A stretch of 11,853 nucleotides of DNA. Origin: Candidatus Sigynarchaeum calidifontis. GTDB taxonomy: Archaea > Asgardarchaeota > Lokiarchaeia > Sigyniarchaeales > Sigyniarchaeaceae. Below are positions 7,424-11,853 of the stretch, piece by piece. The stretch spans positions 1 through 11,853 of the forward strand of contig JAUQYZ020000007.1 in assembly GCA_030587475.2 (NCBI GenBank), given 5' to 3'. The notes under the pieces were generated by a model. The model worked only from the letters and a program-made list of their open reading frames with translations. It had not been told where the DNA came from and ran no database searches. Position numbers and translations under genes: made by a program. Every line of letters starts with the position of its first letter. Position 1 is the first letter of the stretch.

Positions 7424-8160
7424 ACGACGGATCTCGACGTGGTGAACCAAAGGTGGATGCAAGCGCGTTCGTGCTCCCGGCACCGACGGTCGTGCTCGTG
7501 TTCGAGGCCCACTCCGACGACATGGTCATCGGCATGGGCGGCCTCGTGAAACTCCTCGCCACGTCAGGCGTGAAGGTCGTGGCATGCACGATGACGAGGG
7601 GCGAGACGGCGCACGCGCCCGGCCAGGAAAAGACCATCGCGGAAACGAGAAAAATCGAAGGAACGAAGGCAGACGCGATCCTCGGCGTGAAGGAACACGT
7701 GTTCCTCGATCATGATTGCCAGGGCCTTTCGAACGATCGGTCAACGTACCAGGAAATCGTCGGCATCATCAGAAAGGTCAAGCCAGACTGGATCTTCACG
7801 CACGGGCCGCACGAGTCGCACCGCGACCACCGCGCCGCGTGCCAGCTGGTCGAGGAGGCATGGTGGAAAGCGTCCGAGGCCAACGTGCTCGTCGAGCTCG
7901 GCCCGCCGCACAAGGCCAAGGCCGTCATCTTTTACGAGGTCCTCCCGGCGTTCGACGGCAAGCCGGACGTGTGCATCGACGTGTCTTGCTATTGGGATGC
8001 CAAGCTCGATGCCATCAAGTGTTTCCAATCCCAGCAAGAGACCATGGGCGGGTTCCACGGGCTCGTCGAGGGCAAGGGCTTGTACCGGGGATACTTGATC
8101 GGCTGCGAGCACGCCGAGGCCTTCCAATTCTCGCGTTTTATGCCTCGTGGTGCGTTTTAA
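7420..8160 (+). CDS. PIG-L/LmbE-family Zn-dependent N-acetylglucosaminyl deacetylase (BshB/MshB-like)
   Basis: VLVFEAHSDD metal motif (canonical PHxDD), GMGG, MTRGE, TRKIEG, HRDH, WDAKLDAIKCFQSQ and C-terminal AEAF. The start is either TTG 7420, overlapping the selB stop (TTGA), or GTG 7453. Confidence 0.9.
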   Translation: MNDGSRRGEPKVDASAFVLPAPTVVLVFEAHSDDMVIGMGGLVKLLATSGVKVVACTMTRGETAHAPGQEKTIAETRKIEGTKADAILGVKEHVFLDHDCQGLSNDRSTYQEIVGIIRKVKPDWIFTHGPHESHRDHRAACQLVEEAWWKASEANVLVELGPPHKAKAVIFYEVLPAFDGKPDVCIDVSCYWDAKLDAIKCFQSQQETMGGFHGLVEGKGLYRGYLIGCEHAEAFQFSRFMPRGAF

Positions 8161-8177
8161 AATGCAAGATGAGAAAA

Positions 8178-9515
8178 TTAGATGGTAATGTTCACTTGCC
8201 GCCCGCCTGCTTTTGGAAACGAGACCCGGAACGCCTGCCCGAGCGATGGTACCCATAACGAGTAATTGCCGAAGAACCCAGTGAACGTGATGGATCCCGC
8301 GGCGCTCGTGGACGACGTGCCTTGCGTGTGCCACTCGTCGTTGATCAAGGCCGACAGACGCGTGTAGGCGAGCTTCGGTTCCCAGTTCGCCTTGACGAGG
8401 GGCGCTCCTTGCATCCACGGCGCGCCCTCCCATAGCTCCCAGTAGATGATCGCTTCGAGGGACGGGTGCGCGAAGGCGGTTTTATATAACCTGACGAGAT
8501 ATTCTGCTTGGTTTTCCTCGCTCCACAAGCCCTTTTTCCACGAGTTCGTTATCGGGAACCCGTCCGACGTTACCATGAGCTCCGTGATGTGGATCGGGAG
8601 CCCGAGTTTCTTGTATCCCTCGAACGTGCTCCACATGTTCGTCGCGGGGAACCAGTCCGTTCGTGGCTCGTGACCCTGGATGCCGATGCACGAGATCGGC
8701 GTCCCCGCCCGCAATTGCTGCTCGATGAGGTTGTAATAGGGGCCATGACCGAAATCCTGGCCAAGGACGCCGTACTCGTTGATGCCCAGCGTGGCGCTAC
8801 CGTCCTTGGAACGTGCCCACGTGAAGGCATCGCGGACGTAATCAAACTTGGAATCGCCATAGTACGGTTGCCAGTGTGCTGGCTCGTTAACCACGTCCCA
8901 TATCTTTATTTTACCCTTGTACTTGTCCACGACATACTCCACGCGCTGCTGGATCAAGCTTTTCCTGGCCGCATCGTCCGAGGGCAGCCAGGCCGGGTTT
9001 CCCGCCTGGTGCGACCAGACGAGGGGGTGCCCCTTCACCGTGATGTTGTTCGCCTGGCACCAGGCGATGGCAGAGTCGAGCCACGGCTCTTGCACGAGGT
9101 TTCCCTGCTCCGGCTCGGCGTATGCCCAGTAGAACGGCAGCACGGCGAGGTTGAAGGTCCTCTTGAAAAAATTCTTGTAATTAGCATTGTTTTCGGCGCT
9201 CCCACATCCCTCATAACCGAAAAAATTGCAACCGAAATAGAAATCGTGGCTGGTCTGGTTGTAATCGACGGATAGGCCCTGCACGGGCGTGCCATTGGAA
9301 TAGCTGAATGTAACGGTAAACGGCGCCCGCCTCGTTGCGTCGATGCGGGCGTCCACCCCCGCGAGGAACTGCGCGTCGAGAGCCTCGCCGACCACGTTCG
9401 GTATCAACGGCCCCAGTACCATGAGTGCGAACGAACTCGCAGTGAGCATGATGACGAGCGCCCCAGCCCACTTGAGCGCCTTTTCCTTATCCAGCCGGAT
9501 CGCTACCATGAACAT
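8178..9515 (-). CDS. Glycoside hydrolase family 10 (endo-1,4-beta-xylanase-like) with N-terminal transmembrane anchor or signal, about 445 aa
   Basis: KGHPLVW; WDVVNE (acid/base Glu at 8883-8885); INEYG; IGIQGH; IHITEL (nucleophile Glu at 8580-8582). N-terminal basic stretch plus hydrophobic WAGALVIMLTASSFALMVLGPLI. The true start is ATG 9515 (TGATG overlap with the upstream stop) or 9509; the ORF-track extension to 9842 lies inside the upstream gene. Confidence 0.92.
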   Translation of the reverse strand: MFMVAIRLDKEKALKWAGALVIMLTASSFALMVLGPLIPNVVGEALDAQFLAGVDARIDATRRAPFTVTFSYSNGTPVQGLSVDYNQTSHDFYFGCNFFGYEGCGSAENNANYKNFFKRTFNLAVLPFYWAYAEPEQGNLVQEPWLDSAIAWCQANNITVKGHPLVWSHQAGNPAWLPSDDAARKSLIQQRVEYVVDKYKGKIKIWDVVNEPAHWQPYYGDSKFDYVRDAFTWARSKDGSATLGINEYGVLGQDFGHGPYYNLIEQQLRAGTPISCIGIQGHEPRTDWFPATNMWSTFEGYKKLGLPIHITELMVTSDGFPITNSWKKGLWSEENQAEYLVRLYKTAFAHPSLEAIIYWELWEGAPWMQGAPLVKANWEPKLAYTRLSALINDEWHTQGTSSTSAAGSITFTGFFGNYSLWVPSLGQAFRVSFPKAGGRQVNITI

Positions 9516-10240
9516 CACTCGTCGATGATGGTGTACACGACATCGTTCAAGACGGGGGGCAATACGACGGCGATGACGGCGAGCAGCGCGATCGTGAGGA
9601 GCGCCACGACGATCGGCGGAATGGAGGCGCGCCAGCCCAGGCCGTCGAACATCGCCCTGTTGATTTTCGCTTGCACGACGAACATCCACGCGTAGATGGC
9701 GCCGAGGAGTAGCACGTAGATGAAGTTGGGCACGGTCAAGTCGAAGAACGGGAAGTCGTGATTGCCGAACGTTATTCTTCCAAAGAAAAAGTACCGAAAG
9801 GCGGCGAGCGGGATCGTGAACAAGAGCGGCATGAAAGCGCAAGCGCTGCCCGCTATGAAATCACGGTACGTGGGCGTCTCACCACGCCCACGCGCGAGCA
9901 ATTTCAATAAACCGAAGTTGATGCTACCCCCGATGCAGAGAAAAAAAAAACCATTGATAAGGAGCAAGAGGATCACGAGACCGGCAAGAAGCATCGGGTT
10001 GCTTTGCTCGATGATAAATAGATGCGCGTGTGGTGTATCTGGGCCGAGGCCGTAATAGAGCGGCTCCGGGTAGAAGATCATGTAAAACGCGGCGATGCCT
10101 TGGAGCATAGATATGCCAGTCACGATTAAAAAGGACATCGCGTGCCTGGCAAATCGGGGCTTGCTTGCATGCGTTGCGATGGTGGCAGCCGGGTTGAAAA
10201 TGAACCCCCCGACCGTCCCGAGGATCTGCGAGGGTGCCAT
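9515..10240 (-). CDS. Yip1-domain-like integral membrane protein, 241 aa, about 5 TM helices
   Basis: About five hydrophobic segments with a Yip1-like layout: N-terminal FIFNP, LLKLLARGRGETPTYRDF loop, CAFMPLL, IYAW, and a final helix after LGWRAS. Family assigned by pattern only. Confidence 0.72.
   Translation of the reverse strand: MAPSQILGTVGGFIFNPAATIATHASKPRFARHAMSFLIVTGISMLQGIAAFYMIFYPEPLYYGLGPDTPHAHLFIIEQSNPMLLAGLVILLLLINGFFFLCIGGSINFGLLKLLARGRGETPTYRDFIAGSACAFMPLLFTIPLAAFRYFFFGRITFGNHDFPFFDLTVPNFIYVLLLGAIYAWMFVVQAKINRAMFDGLGWRASIPPIVVALLTIALLAVIAVVLPPVLNDVVYTIIDE
9941..9950. repeat. A10 homopolymer (T10 on the coding strand) inside the Yip1-like gene
   Basis: Seen directly: gag-aaaaaaaaaa-cc, encoding G-F-F-F. 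Longest mononucleotide run I noticed in the window. Confidence 0.9.
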
Positions 10241-10349
10241 GGTGTGTCCGAACCTTGCTATTGGATGGATTGTTGTATTGAGATAGGTTCTTAATTTTAT
10301 ACTTCATACGGTATTAAAGCACGATCGAATCGGATTGGATTGAGCAATC
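10241..10349. promoter_or_regulatory. AT-rich divergent promoter region between the Yip1-like gene and the ESCRT-III gene
   Basis: 109-nt non-coding gap. TATAAAA on the minus strand (10301 to 10295) and TATTAAA on the plus strand (10312-10318, 32-38 nt before ATG 10350) sit back to back. Confidence 0.55.
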
Positions 10350-10982
10350 ATGGGGATCATCGAGTCGTTGAAAAATTGGTTGTTTAAAAAAGAAGATCCA
10401 AGGAAGGCCATGCGCCGGAGTAAAGTTAAATTAAAACTTTTCATCTCAAGGCTAGAACGGCAGCGAGCGAAGATGGAAGCTCAGTCCAACGCCGCGAAGA
10501 AGCGTGCTATCGAGGCGCGGCGCAAGGGAGACAACGAGACCGCCGCGCAATATGTCAAATCATTCCTCCAGTTCAAGGGCTGGACACGAGGCATCGAAAA
10601 ATTCAAGCTCCAGCTCGACGCGCTGGCCTTCAAGGTCGAGACAGCAGCCAACGTCACCGATCTGAACGACACGCTCGTCAGCGTGGGCAAGGCCCTGCAA
10701 GGCCTGAGCCAGCTGAATCTGCCGAACATGGAAGAGGTGCTTTCCTCCATCGACATGAACCTGGAGGAATTCAACCTAATGTTCGAATCAGCGGGCGAGT
10801 CGATGGAGATGATGGGATCAGTCGAGGACCAGCAGATCACGGACAAGCAGATCAACAGCGTCCTTGAAGAAATCGATTCGGAAATCATGATAGAAACCAC
10901 CGATCAACTCCCGTCCGCGGCGGGGCAGAAAGTTTCGGGTGGCTTGCAAGACGAGCTCGAGCGACTACGAGACAAGAAATAA
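10350..10982 (+). CDS. ESCRT-III / Snf7-superfamily protein, Vps2/24/46 (CHMP1-3, Did2-like) class, 210 aa
   Basis: Basic N-terminal helical hairpin (RLERQRAKMEAQ...ARRKGDNETAAQY), QLDALAFKVETA, LNLPNMEEVL, acidic C-terminal half, QINSVLEEIDSE...QLPS, and a terminal MIM1-like LQDELERLR. Co-linear by eye with CHMP1/Did2. Confidence 0.92.
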   Translation: MGIIESLKNWLFKKEDPRKAMRRSKVKLKLFISRLERQRAKMEAQSNAAKKRAIEARRKGDNETAAQYVKSFLQFKGWTRGIEKFKLQLDALAFKVETAANVTDLNDTLVSVGKALQGLSQLNLPNMEEVLSSIDMNLEEFNLMFESAGESMEMMGSVEDQQITDKQINSVLEEIDSEIMIETTDQLPSAAGQKVSGGLQDELERLRDKK

Positions 10983-10995
10983 ACGGGATCGGGAG

Positions 10996-11005
10996 ATTTT
11001 CTTTC
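10996..11005 (+). terminator. Putative oligo-T archaeal terminator after the ESCRT-III gene
   Basis: ATTTTCTTTC begins 14 nt after the TAA stop. Confidence 0.35.
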
Positions 11006-11052
11006 AAGATCGATGGATCAAGACAATTATATCGATCGCGCGGTTTGCTATC

Positions 11053-11076
11053 AACCTCGAGGTTTTTATACCTCGA
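11053..11076 (+). promoter_or_regulatory. TATA box (TTTATA, 11065-11070) embedded in inverted repeats, upstream of the Uma2-like gene
   Basis: AACCTCGAGGTT (11053-11064) is a perfect 12-bp palindrome. TCGAGGT-TTTTAT-ACCTCGA (11057-11076) is a 7-bp inverted repeat bracketing the TATA-like core. Confidence 0.5.
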
Positions 11077-11113
11077 TCCTCATTGAATGTGTAGATAGCC
11101 CCGTCATCCGAAC

Positions 11114-11853
11114 GTGAGGTGTAATGCCACGACCCAGGACGAGCCTCGCCCCTTCAAGTCCACCCGGATAGAATCCGCGGAACCGGACACGTTCGACCCG
11201 TCCCGGCCGCGGATCGGCAGGCGAGAGAGCGAGCCGCACTCGCTCGAGGTAGCCTACTTGCACGACGTGCTCTCGACCAACTTCCCCCAGCATCGCGCGC
11301 TCCTTGACTTGCACCATTACTTCCAACTTGGCGAGGAGGAGATCGATGTCCAGTTCGATGTATCGTTCTTCATGGACGTTTCGATTCCCTATACATTGTC
11401 ATCTTACCGTGCGGTCGACTACCAGGACAAGGTTCCATCGCTCGCCATCAACGTCCTCTCGAAAAGCACGTGGCGGGCGGATGTCGGGGAGAACGTGGAC
11501 TTGTGCAGAGTGTTACGCATCCCGGCATACGTGATCTTCGCACCTTTCGATGTTGCCTCGAAGCATTACCGCCCTCCCTTTGTAAGGGCGTATATGCTCA
11601 TGCCCGACGGATCATATGCTATCAAGGAGCAGCGGAACACGTGCGTCGATGCATCGGGAGGCTTGATCGAACGGAACCTCATCGATCTCGAAAGCGCCGC
11701 GCCGTTCCGCGTCGGGCTCGAGGAATTGGAGGGCAAGCACGAGAAGACGCAGAGCCGGTACCGCCTCATCATCGTGCAAAAAGGTTCGCCAGATCGCTTG
11801 CGCACGGGACTCGAGCAAGAGCGGCAGCGGGCCGAGGCGGAGAAGCAGCGGGC
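11114..11853 (+). CDS. Uma2/DUF820-like PD-(D/E)XK-fold protein with coiled-coil tail; runs off the right edge
   Basis: Not in the ORF track. The frame is open from 11099 to the window end, and the first start codon is GTG 11114. Hand translation: ...RRESEPHSLEVAYLHDVLSTNFP...DVQFDVSFF...KVPSLAINVLSKSTWRADVGENVDLCRVLRIPAYVIF...LRTGLEQERQRAEAEKQR. This matches the Uma2 layout ES-x2-H ... PD ... PxLxxEVLSxST ... IPxY plus the ERQRAE tail. Confidence 0.82.
   Translation, partial: MRCNATTQDEPRPFKSTRIESAEPDTFDPSRPRIGRRESEPHSLEVAYLHDVLSTNFPQHRALLDLHHYFQLGEEEIDVQFDVSFFMDVSIPYTLSSYRAVDYQDKVPSLAINVLSKSTWRADVGENVDLCRVLRIPAYVIFAPFDVASKHYRPPFVRAYMLMPDGSYAIKEQRNTCVDASGGLIERNLIDLESAAPFRVGLEELEGKHEKTQSRYRLIIVQKGSPDRLRTGLEQERQRAEAEKQR
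11819..11853 (+). repeat. Start of a 21-nt (heptad) coding tandem repeat, E-R/K-Q-R-A-E-A
   Basis: GAGCGGCAGCGGGCCGAGGCG is followed by GAGAAGCAGCGGGC at the window end. Confidence 0.6.

Noticed and set aside
7420-8160. Deacetylase as evidence of eukaryote-like GPI-anchor biosynthesis
   Set aside because: The PIG-L/LmbE family is widespread in prokaryotes. This protein lacks an N-terminal TM anchor, and no other GPI genes are in the window.
9516-9842. 109-aa Arg-rich N-terminal extension of the GH10 ORF
   Set aside because: It is an alternative frame of the Yip1-like gene. The TGATG junction and the signal/TM segment define the real start.
9924-10307. 127-aa minus-strand ORF starting in the divergent promoter and crossing the T10 tract
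   Set aside because: It starts within the TATA-like region, overlaps the Yip1-like gene out of frame, and has an Arg/His-rich shadow-like composition.
1-11853. CRISPR arrays, tRNA (including tRNA-Sec), rRNA, IS elements
   Set aside because: No spaced direct repeats, cloverleaf-compatible intergenic segments, transposase motifs or terminal inverted repeats were seen. Intergenic gaps are all under 150 nt.

Overview
GC-rich archaeal window, most likely from an Asgard archaeon. This is inferred from an archaeal-type SelB, a Vps2/24/46 (CHMP1-3/Did2)-like ESCRT-III gene, and TATA-like promoter elements. Five blocks, left to right: (1) a minus-strand, tightly packed four-gene operon of MoxR-type AAA+ ATPase, uncharacterised 523-aa protein, HExxH metallopeptidase-vWA fusion and a helical protein truncated at the left edge (missed by the ORF track); (2) a divergent plus-strand operon of a small winged-helix-like ORF, selB and a PIG-L/LmbE deacetylase; (3) a minus-strand Yip1-like membrane protein coupled by TGATG to a membrane-anchored GH10 glycoside hydrolase; (4) a divergent, stand-alone ESCRT-III gene with no Vps4 or other ESCRT gene nearby; (5) a Uma2-like PD-(D/E)XK protein with altered catalytic motifs running off the right edge (also missed by the ORF track). 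No rRNA, tRNA, CRISPR array or transposase was seen. The best leads are the MoxR-peptidase/vWA system, the winged-helix gene in front of selB, and the orphan ESCRT-III gene head-to-head with Yip1-GH10. All family calls are from recognising motifs by eye; no searches were run.
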